Source: Myxococcota bacterium (GTDB taxonomy: Bacteria > Myxococcota_A > UBA9160 > UBA4427). From it: a stretch of DNA of 64,000 nucleotides. Below the pieces are notes generated by a model. It was given only the letters and a program-made list of their open reading frames with translations. It was not told the DNA's origin and made no database searches. Where the stretch lies: contig JAXLZA010000002.1 in assembly GCA_046351135.1 (NCBI GenBank), positions 127,427 to 191,426 on the forward strand, written 5' to 3'. The translations under genes and the position numbers were made by a program. Position 1 is the first letter of the stretch; each line of letters starts with the position of its first letter. This document shows positions 47,477 to 57,100 of this stretch, piece after piece.

Positions 47477-48238
47477 TCAGGCGGGCTCGCGGGTCGCGCT
47501 GCGATGCGCGCGAAACGGCGCCTGGTAGAGCCAGACTCGGCGCCCGTCGACGCACTCGAGCGTATGCCGCGGCGCGAGCGAGGTCGCTTCGAACTCGAGG
47601 CTGACGAGCCAGGCGCCGGGGGCGAGCTCGCGAGCGGCCTTCTCCGCGGCGCGCGGCATGCTCTCGGGGCGCTGGAACAGGTAGACGAGATCGTAGGCCG
47701 ACCAGTCGGCGGTCCAGAGGTCACCGCGCCGGATGCGCGCGAAGCGGCAGCGCCCGGCGCACGCGAGGCGCAGCGGACCGCTGCGCTCGATCCCCTCGAG
47801 CCCGGCCTGCGGATACTCGCGATGCAGCTCGCGCAGACCGTCGCCGAGGCCGCAGCCGGCATCGAGGATGCGCGCGCCGGGCGGGAGGGGCGCGCGCTCC
47901 GCGAGGCCGCGCAGGGCGCCCGCCGGCGTCGGAAAGAGCGGCGCGTCGCGCCAGGCGGCGATCGGATAGAGGAGGAGCAGGAGTGCGAGCGGTGCGAGCC
48001 AAGCCCAGGCCGGCACGCTCGCGGCGAGCCCGCTGACGAGCAGCGACGCGGGAAAGCCGGCGAAGATCAGCAGCCGTCGCCAGGACGTGTCGCCCCAGGC
48101 GAGGCCGAGCGGGAGACCGAGCGCGCTCGCCACGAGGAGCGCCGGCCCGGGCGCGACGCCCAGGGCCGTGAGCCCGACGAAGGCGAGCCACGCGCTGCCC
48201 CAGGCGAGCAGCGCCGGGAGCGGCCACCGGAATTTCAA
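47477..48238 (-). CDS. membrane-anchored class I SAM-dependent methyltransferase
   Basis: About 90 aa of N-terminal TM helices, then motif I 'ARILDAGCGLGDG' and 'YDLVYLF'. The proposed TTG start at 48238 overlaps the P450 stop (TTGA). Confidence 0.7.
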   Translation of the reverse strand: MKFRWPLPALLAWGSAWLAFVGLTALGVAPGPALLVASALGLPLGLAWGDTSWRRLLIFAGFPASLLVSGLAASVPAWAWLAPLALLLLLYPIAAWRDAPLFPTPAGALRGLAERAPLPPGARILDAGCGLGDGLRELHREYPQAGLEGIERSGPLRLACAGRCRFARIRRGDLWTADWSAYDLVYLFQRPESMPRAAEKAARELAPGAWLVSLEFEATSLAPRHTLECVDGRRVWLYQAPFRAHRSATREPA

Positions 48239-49479
48239 CGAGCCGCCCCGCCCAGGTCGACGACGAGGCGCAGCGGGCGCCGCATGATCCCGATCTGCTC
48301 CCAGTCGGCTTCGTTCTCGACGAGGCGCGCGTCTTCGGGCAGGAAGTCGAGGGCGGCCTCGAGCATGCAGCTCATCTCCTGCATCGCGAGATTCGCGCCG
48401 AGGCAGTAGCGCGGACCGTGGCCGAAGCTGACGACCTCGCGGGTGTCGCGGCCGACGTCGAAGCGATCCGGGTCGGGAAAGACCGAAGGATCCCGGTTCG
48501 CGCTCGCCGGGGAGAGCATCAGCATGTCGCCCGGGCGGATCGTGTGGCCGTGGAGCTCGATCGGCTCCATCGCGAAGCGCATGTTCACGGCGGCGAGCGA
48601 GCCGAAGTCGAAGCGCAGCGCCTCGCGGACCGCGTTGCGCACGAGGCTGCGATCGGCGCGCACCCGCGCGAGCTCGCCCGGATGCCGGAGCAGATGGCGG
48701 ATCACCTGCGTCCCGCCCAGCGTCGTCGTCTCCGAGCCCGCCGCGACGAGGCCCGCCACGAGCACGACGATCTCGCGGTTCGTGAGCGCCTCGTCGCCGG
48801 CGTTGCCGTGGATCAGGTCGGAGAGCAGGTCGTCGGCGCGGGTCTGGCGGCGCTCGTCGGCGAGCTTCACGACCCACTCGGCGAGCTCCTCGATCGCGGC
48901 GTTGCCCCGCTCGACCTTGGCCGCGTCGGCGAAGAACGTGAAGCGCTGCATCATCTGCTGGGCGAGGCTGCGGAAGCGCGCCTCGTCGCCGGGATAGGGC
49001 GGGATGCCGGTGATGCGGCCGATCACCGTGTTGGGGATCGGGTCGGTGAAGGCGGCGAGCAGGTCGACGGGGCCCGCGCTCCCGCGGATCGGCGCGGCGA
49101 ACTCCTCGACGATGTCGCGGACCTGCTCGTCCATCCGTCGCACCGCCCGCGGCGTGAAGCCCGCCGACAGGCGGTGGCGCCAGCGGCGATGGCCCTCGGG
49201 ATCGGCGCTGATGATCGAGCTCTGCTCGAAGTGGAAGAGCCACGAGTCCGGTGGCGCCGGGCGGTGGCCCCGGGCGAGGCGGCGATCGGTCGAGAGCCGC
49301 GGGTCGGAGAAGAAGCGGCGGACGTCGTCGTAGCGGGTGATGAACCAGGTCCCGAGCGCCTCGTCCCAGTGGACGGGGTCGTGCTCCCGCAGCCAGGCGA
49401 GCTGCGCGAAGGGATTCGCGACGAACGCCGGATCGACGAGCGAGGCGGGCGGGGCGGAGACCGGGAGGACCGGGGCCAT
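48235..49479 (-). CDS. cytochrome P450
   Basis: 414 aa with I-helix 'AGSETT', 'EALR' (ExxR) and the heme-thiolate loop 'FGHGPRYCLGANLA'. Confidence 0.9.
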   Translation of the reverse strand: MAPVLPVSAPPASLVDPAFVANPFAQLAWLREHDPVHWDEALGTWFITRYDDVRRFFSDPRLSTDRRLARGHRPAPPDSWLFHFEQSSIISADPEGHRRWRHRLSAGFTPRAVRRMDEQVRDIVEEFAAPIRGSAGPVDLLAAFTDPIPNTVIGRITGIPPYPGDEARFRSLAQQMMQRFTFFADAAKVERGNAAIEELAEWVVKLADERRQTRADDLLSDLIHGNAGDEALTNREIVVLVAGLVAAGSETTTLGGTQVIRHLLRHPGELARVRADRSLVRNAVREALRFDFGSLAAVNMRFAMEPIELHGHTIRPGDMLMLSPASANRDPSVFPDPDRFDVGRDTREVVSFGHGPRYCLGANLAMQEMSCMLEAALDFLPEDARLVENEADWEQIGIMRRPLRLVVDLGGAAR

Positions 49480-49489
49480 CGAGCACCTC

Positions 49490-49888
49490 TCAGGAGAGGA
49501 CGATCTCCTTGAAGCGCTGCGAGTCGGTGTGCTCCTCGATCTCGACGATCCGGCCGTCGCGGCAGACGTAGACCCAGACGTACTCGTTGCTGTAGGGCTT
49601 GCCGTTCGCGGCCTTCGCCTCGTTGCGCTGGCGGACGACGACCTTGTCGCCGTCGGCGACGATCCACTTCGTCTCGGACTTCATCGTCGTGAGGTCGAAG
49701 AACTTCGCTCCGGCCGCGCCCATCGCGCCGAGGACCTCGTTGCGCCCGATGGGCGAGCCGAGCCCCGCCGCCGCCGGCGGTCGCCACTGGACCTTGTCGT
49801 CGAGCAGGGCGGCCATCGTCGCACCGTCGCCGCGGCCCTGGGCGGCGAGGTAGTCGAGAACGAGCTTGCGGCTGGCTTCGGTGTTCAT
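49490..49888 (-). CDS. SnoaL-like / ketosteroid-isomerase-like NTF2-fold protein
   Basis: 132 aa: 'NTEASRKLVLDYLAAQGRGDGATMAALLDDKVQW...YVWVYVCRDGRIVEIEEHTDS'. Its stop is 10 nt before the P450 start. Confidence 0.8.
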   Translation of the reverse strand: MNTEASRKLVLDYLAAQGRGDGATMAALLDDKVQWRPPAAAGLGSPIGRNEVLGAMGAAGAKFFDLTTMKSETKWIVADGDKVVVRQRNEAKAANGKPYSNEYVWVYVCRDGRIVEIEEHTDSQRFKEIVLS

Positions 49889-49960
49889 GGCGCGGGTCGG
49901 GCTCCTCTGGGGTTCCTGCGGACTCTAGAGCGATTCGGAGACGAGGGCACGCAGGGCGAC

Positions 49961-50272
49961 TCAGTAGCGATCTCCGCGCACCACCTCGACTTCGCCCACC
50001 GCCAGGAAGAGGCGGTGGCTGTCGAGAATGGGCGCCAGGGACTCGACCAGGGCGCTCGCCTTGGCCTCACCGGCGATCACGAGCACGATCGCCTTGGCCG
50101 AGGCGCCCGTGACTTCGTCGTGCTGCCATTCGGCGTCGCGCCCGCCTCCCCGGTCGACGTGGAGGACGCTCCAGCCCGAGATGTCCGCCGCCTTCACGTG
50201 CCGGATGACGAGCGGGACGAGGGGCGTATCGACGAGGATTTCGATCCGTTTGCGCGTCACGGTCTCGATCAT
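49961..50272 (-). CDS. sbtB: PII-like signalling protein (SbtB-type partner of SbtA)
   Basis: 103 aa: 'MIETVTRKRIEILVDTPLVPLVI...GWSVLHVDRGGGRD...AIVLVIAGEAKASALVESL...VEVVRGD'. ATGA overlap with the sbtA stop. Confidence 0.7.
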   Translation of the reverse strand: MIETVTRKRIEILVDTPLVPLVIRHVKAADISGWSVLHVDRGGGRDAEWQHDEVTGASAKAIVLVIAGEAKASALVESLAPILDSHRLFLAVGEVEVVRGDRY

Positions 50273-51258
50273 GACAAGCCGACCCCCCTCGCCATCGCCG
50301 CGTAGATCGGAATGCCCAGCAGGATGTTGAACGGGAAGGTGATCCCGAGCGACATCGAGAGATAGATCCCCGGATCCGCCTCGGGCAGGGCGAGGCGCAT
50401 CGCGGCGGGCACCGCGATGTACGATGCGCTCGCGGCCAGCACCCCCAGCAGGGCGGAGGACGCGACGTCGAGCCCGACGGCGTGGCCGACCATCGTTCCG
50501 ATTCCCCCGTGGAGCAGCGGCATCGCGACGGCGAGGAGCACGAGTCGGAGGGTGAGTTTCCTCGACTGCGTGATCCGTCGAGCGGCGATGAGGCCCATGT
50601 CGAGCAGGAAGAGGCACAGCACCCCACGGAACCCCGTCTCGAAGAGCGGCTTGACCGCCGCATAGCCCTTCTCGCCGCCCGCCAGACCGATGGCGAAGGA
50701 GCCGACGAGCAGGACGACCGAGGCGTTGGTCAGGATCTCGTGCAGCGTCCCACCATCGGACCCGCGCGCGGCCGGGTCCGCCCCGCGGCGCGCGAGGAAG
50801 AGCCCGCTCACGATGGCGGGGGTCTCCATGACGGCCAGCACGGCGACCATGAAGCCGGCCGCCTCCAGCCGATCCGCCGCGAGGAGCTCCCGGGCGGTCA
50901 CGAACGTGACGACGGAGACGGAGCCGTAGTGGGCGGCGACCGCCCCCGCATCGATGCGCGCGAGACCACCGAATCGGGTCAGGAGCGCAAACGCGAGGAA
51001 GGGGAGGGTCAGGCTGAGCAGCAGCCCGGCGATCGCCGCGGCTGCGAGCTCGGGGGTCAGCCCCGAGCGCGAGACCTCGACGCCGCCCTTCAAGCCGATC
51101 GAGGCCATCAGGTAGATCGACATCGCCTTGGCGAAGGCCTCGGGAATCGAGAGATCCGACCGCACCAACGCCGCCGCGAATCCGAGCACGAAGAACAGGA
51201 TGACCGGCGAGGTCAACGTTTCGACGATCATGGCTCCATCGAATAGCACCGATTCCAT
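50269..51258 (-). CDS. sbtA: sodium-dependent bicarbonate transporter family permease (SbtA/DUF897)
   Basis: 329-aa polytopic protein: 'PVILFFVLGFAAALVRSDLSIPEAFAKAMSIYLMASIGLKGG' and 'ASASYIAVPAAMRLALPEA'. Confidence 0.8.
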   Translation of the reverse strand: MESVLFDGAMIVETLTSPVILFFVLGFAAALVRSDLSIPEAFAKAMSIYLMASIGLKGGVEVSRSGLTPELAAAAIAGLLLSLTLPFLAFALLTRFGGLARIDAGAVAAHYGSVSVVTFVTARELLAADRLEAAGFMVAVLAVMETPAIVSGLFLARRGADPAARGSDGGTLHEILTNASVVLLVGSFAIGLAGGEKGYAAVKPLFETGFRGVLCLFLLDMGLIAARRITQSRKLTLRLVLLAVAMPLLHGGIGTMVGHAVGLDVASSALLGVLAASASYIAVPAAMRLALPEADPGIYLSMSLGITFPFNILLGIPIYAAMARGVGLS

Positions 51259-51290
51259 TCCCCTCCCAGCGCGCCGCGTACGCTCCGTCG

Positions 51291-51311
51291 CGGCTCGCGG
51301 CTCGCGGCTCG
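51291..51311. repeat. 7-bp tandem repeat (CGGCTCG x3, plus a degenerate fourth unit)
   Basis: Read directly in the 119-bp divergent intergenic region between sbtA and the second P450. Confidence 0.8.
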
Positions 51312-51341
51312 CGGCCGGCTGGGCGGCCGCCGGGCCCGAGG

Positions 51342-51371
51342 CTGACGCTGCGCGAGGCCGCGGGGTAGACT
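51342..51371 (+). promoter_or_regulatory. candidate sigma70-like promoter giving a leaderless or near-leaderless P450 transcript
   Basis: CTGACG (51342-51347), an 18-nt spacer, then TAGACT (51366-51371). The GTG start at 51378 lies 6 nt after the -10 box and has no Shine-Dalgarno sequence. Confidence 0.3.
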
Positions 51372-51377
51372 GCTCGC

Positions 51378-52622
51378 GTGACGCGCCCCGCCTACCAATC
51401 GATCGCGGACCTGCCGCCGCTCGACCCGAACGATCCGTTCTTCGGCGCGAACCCCCTCGATCCGACCTTTCGCGCGGATCCGCATGCGCGGCTCGCGCGG
51501 CTGCGGACGGTCGCGCCGGTCAGCGAGCTGCCCTTCGGCGTCTTCAGGCTCGCGCGCTACGAGGATTGCCGGCGGCTCCTGCACGACGTCCCGACCGGGG
51601 TCCGCAGCGCCGACGGCCACATCGATGGCCGCGAGCGGATCCCGGGCTCCGTCGGGCCCGGCGAGTTCATGCTCCAGCAGGATCCGCCGGCCCACACGCG
51701 CCTGCGCCGGCTCGTCGCGAAGGCCTTCACGCCGCGGGCGATCGAGCGGCTGCGCGCGCCGGTCGAGCGCCTCGTCGACGGGCTCGTCGAGCGCGCGCTC
51801 GACCGGGGCGAGATGGACGTGATCGCGGATCTCGCGCTGCCCGTCCCGTCGACGGTGATCTGCGAGATGATGGGCGTTCCGCTCGCCGACCGCGAGCGCT
51901 TCACCGAATGGACCGCCCGGGCGACGCATCTGCTCGCCGCCCAGTTCGCACCGCAGGAGGTGATCGACCGCGCCGCGGCCGCGGCGGAGGCGCTCGAACG
52001 TTATTTCGAGGACCTGATCGCCGAGCGCCGCAAGACGCCGCGGGAGGACATCCTGACCGAGCTGATCCGCGCGGAGGAGGTCGGGGATCGCCTCTCGCCG
52101 CGGGAGCTGATCGCCCAGGCGTCGGGGCTCCTGATCGCGGGCTTCGAGACGACGATCGGGCTGATCGGCAACGGGGTGCGCATGCTCGTGCTGCATCCCG
52201 ACGAGCTCGCGCGCCTGCGCGCGCATCCCGGGCTGATCGCCTCTGCCGTCGAAGAGTGCCTGCGCTTCGACGGGCCGATCCCGCTCACGCTCCGCGTGAC
52301 GCGCGAGGAGACGCGCTTCGGCGACGTCGTGATCCCGAAGGACCGGAGGGTGATGGCGCTGCTCTCGGCGGCGAATCGCGATCCGGCGAAATTCCCCGAG
52401 CCCGACCGCTTCGGCGTCGCACGCTCGCCCAACGAACATCTCGCCTTCGGCGGTGGCGCGCATTTCTGCCTCGGGGTCCACCTCGCGCGCATGGAGGCGC
52501 AGGTCGCGATTGGGACGCTCGTCGCGCGCACCCGCACCCTCGAGCTCGACGATTCCCCGCCCGCGTGGGGCGCCTCGCTCTTCCGCGTGCTCGGGCGGCT
52601 TCCGCTCCGACTCGCGGCTTGA
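51378..52622 (+). CDS. cytochrome P450
   Basis: 414 aa with 'AGFETT', 'ECLR' and the heme loop 'FGGGAHFCLGVHLA'. GTG start. Confidence 0.9.
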   Translation: MTRPAYQSIADLPPLDPNDPFFGANPLDPTFRADPHARLARLRTVAPVSELPFGVFRLARYEDCRRLLHDVPTGVRSADGHIDGRERIPGSVGPGEFMLQQDPPAHTRLRRLVAKAFTPRAIERLRAPVERLVDGLVERALDRGEMDVIADLALPVPSTVICEMMGVPLADRERFTEWTARATHLLAAQFAPQEVIDRAAAAAEALERYFEDLIAERRKTPREDILTELIRAEEVGDRLSPRELIAQASGLLIAGFETTIGLIGNGVRMLVLHPDELARLRAHPGLIASAVEECLRFDGPIPLTLRVTREETRFGDVVIPKDRRVMALLSAANRDPAKFPEPDRFGVARSPNEHLAFGGGAHFCLGVHLARMEAQVAIGTLVARTRTLELDDSPPAWGASLFRVLGRLPLRLAA

Positions 52623-52687
52623 CCTCGTTCCGAGCTCGCTCCGGGCTCGTCCGCCCGGGCAGCGCAATCCGCAGGGAAGGGGGCCCC

Positions 52688-54049
52688 GTGTTCCAGGGTT
52701 GGCGGATCGTCGCGGTCTCCGCGCTCGCCCAGGCCGTCTCGATCGGCACCACCTTCTACGCCTACGGCGCCTTCATGAAGCCGCTCGCCGCGGAGTTCGG
52801 GGCGTCGCGGCTCGCGGTGACCCTCGGCATGACGTCGATGACGGTCGTGCAGGGGCTGGCGGGTCCGTTCCTCGGCCGCGGCCTCGATCGCCTCCATCCG
52901 CGGCTGGTCCTCGCGACCGGAGTCGGTCTCGAGGCGCTCGGGCTCGGGCTCCTCTCGCGCGCGACGGAGCTCTGGCAGGCCGGGCTGCTGCTCGTCACGG
53001 TGATCGCCCTCGGCTCCTATCTCTTCGGCGCCCTCGCGACGACGGCGGTCGTTGGCCGCTGGTTCGTCCGCCGCCGCGGTCGGGCCCTCGGGCTCACCGC
53101 CCTCGGTTCCGCCGCGGGCGGCGTCGCCTTTCCGCCCATCGTGACGGCGCTGATCGGCGAGCTCGGCTGGCGCGGGGCGGCGGGCGCGCTCGGCGCGGGG
53201 ATCCTGCTGCTGATCGTGCCGATCCTGCTCTTCGTGGCACGGCGACCGGAGGATGTCGGCGCGTTGCCCGACGGCGATCCAGTCGAGTCGATCCGGGAGG
53301 AGCCGCGGGAGGAAGCGCGCGCGGCCGGGGCAGCGAGCGTGGTCGGGGGCGCGGCGTCGGCCACGTCGCGCCCCGACTCGTCCTTCGCGTCGGCTTCCGT
53401 CGATCCCGCCGCGTCGCCCGCTGCGTCGTCCGCTCCGACCGAGCCGCTGACGACGCGGGCGCTGCTCGCGGATCGGAATTTCTGGGTCATCACGATCGCC
53501 ATGGCCTTCGCCTATTCCCCGGTCAACGTCATGCTCGCCCACCTCGTCCCCTTCGCGACCGACATCGGGATCAGCCCGGCGCGCGCCGCGATCCTGCTCT
53601 CGGGCTATGCGCTCGGAAGCGCGCTCGGGCGCCTGCCCTTCGGCTGGCTCGCGGACCGCTTCGACAAGAAGCTCGCCGCGTGGGTCATGTTCGGCTGGTT
53701 CGCCGCGTCCTGGTCCCAGCTGATGGGGCAGCCCTCGTTCGAGGCGCTGCTCGTCGCCGTCGTCGCCGCGGGCTTCGCGGTCGGCGGGACGCTGCCGCTC
53801 TGGGGCGCGCTCACCGGCGCCGCCTTCGGCCGGGCCTCGATCGGCAGCGCGATGGGCCTCACGAATCTGCTGATGCTCCCGGTCAGCATCGCCGGCGCCC
53901 CCATCGCCGCCCACGTCTACGATCGCACCGGGACCTATCAGCTCGCGTTCACGCTCTTCATCTTCAGCTTCGCCGTCGGGGCCCTCGCGATCGCGTTCCT
54001 GCGGCTGCCCGCGGTCGAGCCGGGGAGCGAGCGGGCTGGGGGGAACTAA
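52688..54049 (+). CDS. MFS transporter (monocarboxylate/oxalate-formate antiporter-like) with a long low-complexity central loop
   Basis: A GTG at 52688 follows GGAAGGGGG. 'WRIVAVSALAQAVSIGTTFYAYGAFMKPLAAEFG', 12 TM-like segments and a central Ala/Ser/Pro-rich loop. Confidence 0.85.
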   Translation: MFQGWRIVAVSALAQAVSIGTTFYAYGAFMKPLAAEFGASRLAVTLGMTSMTVVQGLAGPFLGRGLDRLHPRLVLATGVGLEALGLGLLSRATELWQAGLLLVTVIALGSYLFGALATTAVVGRWFVRRRGRALGLTALGSAAGGVAFPPIVTALIGELGWRGAAGALGAGILLLIVPILLFVARRPEDVGALPDGDPVESIREEPREEARAAGAASVVGGAASATSRPDSSFASASVDPAASPAASSAPTEPLTTRALLADRNFWVITIAMAFAYSPVNVMLAHLVPFATDIGISPARAAILLSGYALGSALGRLPFGWLADRFDKKLAAWVMFGWFAASWSQLMGQPSFEALLVAVVAAGFAVGGTLPLWGALTGAAFGRASIGSAMGLTNLLMLPVSIAGAPIAAHVYDRTGTYQLAFTLFIFSFAVGALAIAFLRLPAVEPGSERAGGN

Positions 54050-54125
54050 CGACGATCGCCTCGGGGAGATCGCCGTTTTCGAGCCGTCGGTGACACATCG
54101 GCATGCGGTGCCCCACTTCCCGATC

Positions 54126-57100
54126 ATGCACGAACGATCGCGAGGGTTTCGGGGGACGCATTTCGGTCTGCGTCGAGCGGGGGTCTGCCTGGCGCTCGTG
54201 CTGGCGACGAGCGCGGCGGAGGGGCGCGCGCAGGTCTCGGGGAGCAATGGCTCGCCGGGGACGCGCGGGGCCGACGGCATCGCCGGGGGCGACGGCGCGG
54301 ATGGGACGCCCGGCGGCGACGGCGTCCGCCAGAGTCTCGCGACGAGTCCGCCGAACGCGATCGCGGCCTTGGGCGGCGCGGGGGGCGATGGCGGCGACGG
54401 CAGTCCGCCGAATGGACGCGGCGGGCATGGCGGGGCGGGTGGCGGTGCGATCGCGACCGCCGTCACGACGACGCCGGATTTCTTCGGCGCGACGACGATC
54501 GATGCGAACGGCGGCCGAGGGGGCAGCGGCGGTCGACCGGCGGACGCCGCGACGGGTCAGGGCGGCTCGGGCGGCTCGGGCGGTCGTGCCGAGGTCCGCG
54601 CGGACGTGACCTCCTCCCAGGTCACGGCGCATGCGATCGGCGGCGCGGGGGGCGTCGGCTTCGGGGTCGGCAGTCGCGGTGGCGCCGGCGGGGACGCGAC
54701 CGGCGATCTCCTCGCGATCAGCGATCGGCTCCGAAGCCTCTTCAATCTCGAGGGCGGCGCGGGCGGTGTGGGGCAGCTCGGCGCCGCGGGCGGCGACGGG
54801 GGCGACGCGCATCTCGTGTCGCCAAACGCATCTACGCCGGTCGGTGTCCCGTCGACGGGCCTCGTCCGCGCCTCCGAGTCGATCACCGCCATCGGCGGCA
54901 ACGCGGGCCTGAGCACGGTCTCGGCCGGCGGTCGAGGCGGCGACGCCTTGCTCGAGGTCGAGCGGATCCTCGGTGTGGGCGGCGAGCTCGCCCTCGATCT
55001 CACCGCAGTCGGAGGGCGCGGCGGCAGCGCGCCCTCCGGCGGTGCGCCCGGCCTCGGCGGCGACGCGGACGCGCGAGGACGCGTCGAGATCGCGGGAACC
55101 GCGACGGTCGTCGTGAAGAGCACGGGCGGGGCGGGCGGACTCTTCACGAACGCATCGTCGAGCAGCCCTGTCCGCGATGGCGCCGCAGCGGGCCGGGCGA
55201 CGGGATCCGCGATCGCCGTGTCGACCCTCGCGAACGGGCGCGCGGAGGCGACGACGGTGCTCTTCGGTGGTCAGGGCGGAATCGGCTCCGGAATCGGTGC
55301 CCGCGGCGCCGACGGCGGCACCGGGACGGGCACGGCCGAGGCGCGGACCGGGCCGTCCGGTACGGCGAAAGCGACGGTCGAGATCTACGGCGGCGTCGGG
55401 GGCGCGGCTTTCGTCGGCGCGGACGGGGGCGCGGGCGGCGACGCGCTGCTCTTCAATGCGGCGAGCGGGGTCGGCGAGCGCGTCGAGCTGCGCCAGGCGG
55501 CCTTCGGCGGCGTCGGCGGCGGCGCGAGTCGATCGATCACGTCTCCCCCCGGCGCCGGTCGCGGCGGCGATGCCGTCTCCCTCCTCGATCAGGCGAATCC
55601 CGACGGCAGCCTGTTGATCGATTCCCGCGCGACGGGAGGCATCGGTGGTGCGGGCGGTGGCCTCGCCGGAAAGGCGATCGCCGGCGGCACCGCCGTCGCG
55701 CGCACGATCGCGACCGTCTTCGCGAAGGCGATCGGCGGAACGGGGGGCGCGCCGGTCGATGTCGACCGCTTTGGAGCGGATGGCGCCGAGGCCGCGCTCG
55801 CGCCGATTCGCGGTCGGGCAGAGCTGGGGGTCGACCTGACGGGGTGGCTCGAGGGGGGTGCGGGCGCGGCGGGCACGCGGATCTCGGGGCGCGGGGCCGA
55901 CGCGCGGGTCGTCGATGCTCTCGAAGCAGAGACCTCGGGCGTGTTTCGCGCGACCCAGGTCGCGGTCGCGGGCCGCGCCGGCGAGACGCGGCGGCCGGAC
56001 CAGGCCATCAGCGGTGCGCGGGGCGGCGACGCGACGAGCCAGCTGACTCTCGACGAGCAGGTCTCGCAGCTGTTCGCGAACGTCGCTGCGGTCGGCGGAC
56101 GCTCGACGGGACGGGATGCGGCGGGCGTGGGCCATGCCGGCGGACGCGCGAACGTCGAGCTCTCCGCGACGAATCGGACGGGCGGAATCGAGTCGGCCTA
56201 TCGCGCGATCGGCGGCGTCGGATCGGACTCCGGCGGCGCCGGAGGCGAGGCGCGCTCGCTCGTGCGGCTGACGACGGTCGGCGACGGGCACGACATCGTC
56301 ATCTCCCGCTTCCCCGCCTACCTCGACGGCATTGGCTACCTGAACGGGGCCACTGGTGGCCAGGGCGGCGATGCGGGCCAGATCGATCCCGCGACCGGAG
56401 TCGGCAGTCGCGACGCCGGGCGCGGCGGCGACGGGACGGCCGAGGTCGACGCCCGGGCGATCGGGGACAGCCGGATCGACGTGACGGCGAGCGCGGGAGG
56501 CGGCAACGGGGGAACGAGCCGGCTCTTGAGCGCGCCGGGCTCGGGCGGGAACGCGCGTGCGCGCACGCGGGACCAACGAGGGCGCGAGCGAAGTCACGGT
56601 CCAGGCCCGTGCGCAGGGGGGCTCGGGCGGCCTCGCGTTCTTCGCCGACCCGTTGAAAGCGCCCGTTGCGGGCGATGGCGGATCGGCCGAAGTCGAAGCC
56701 TTCGGCGAGTCGCTCGGCGGAGGCTGGGTCACGGTCATCGGGAATGCGAATGGCGGCTCGGCGAGCGTCGGGCGAGGCGGCTCGGTTCGGCTCGTCGATG
56801 CGGTCGGCGGCGCGACGAGCGGACGGCTCGCGCTCCATCAGTCTGCGCTGGGGGGAGAGTCGTATCCCGGGATCGGAGGCGATGCGGAGTCGCGGCTCTC
56901 GCACGTCGACGAAGACGGCGGGGCCCTCGAGCTGCTCGCGGACGCGTACGCCGGCGCGGGTCGTGCCGGGGGCGGCGATGCCGTCGCCGCGGCACGCGGC
57001 GTCGGACGGGACGACGTGATCGTCGGCGTATCTGCATGGGCAGGCAGTGCAACGGGCGCCGACGCCTCGAGTGGGCGGGCCCGGATCGACGAGGCATACG

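Noticed and set aside
47477-49486. 669-aa minus-strand ORF spanning the methyltransferase and P450 regions
   Set aside because: The P450 is clearly encoded in a different frame (48235-49479). Only the 3' 253 codons or so of this ORF (the TM region plus SAM methyltransferase) are credible.
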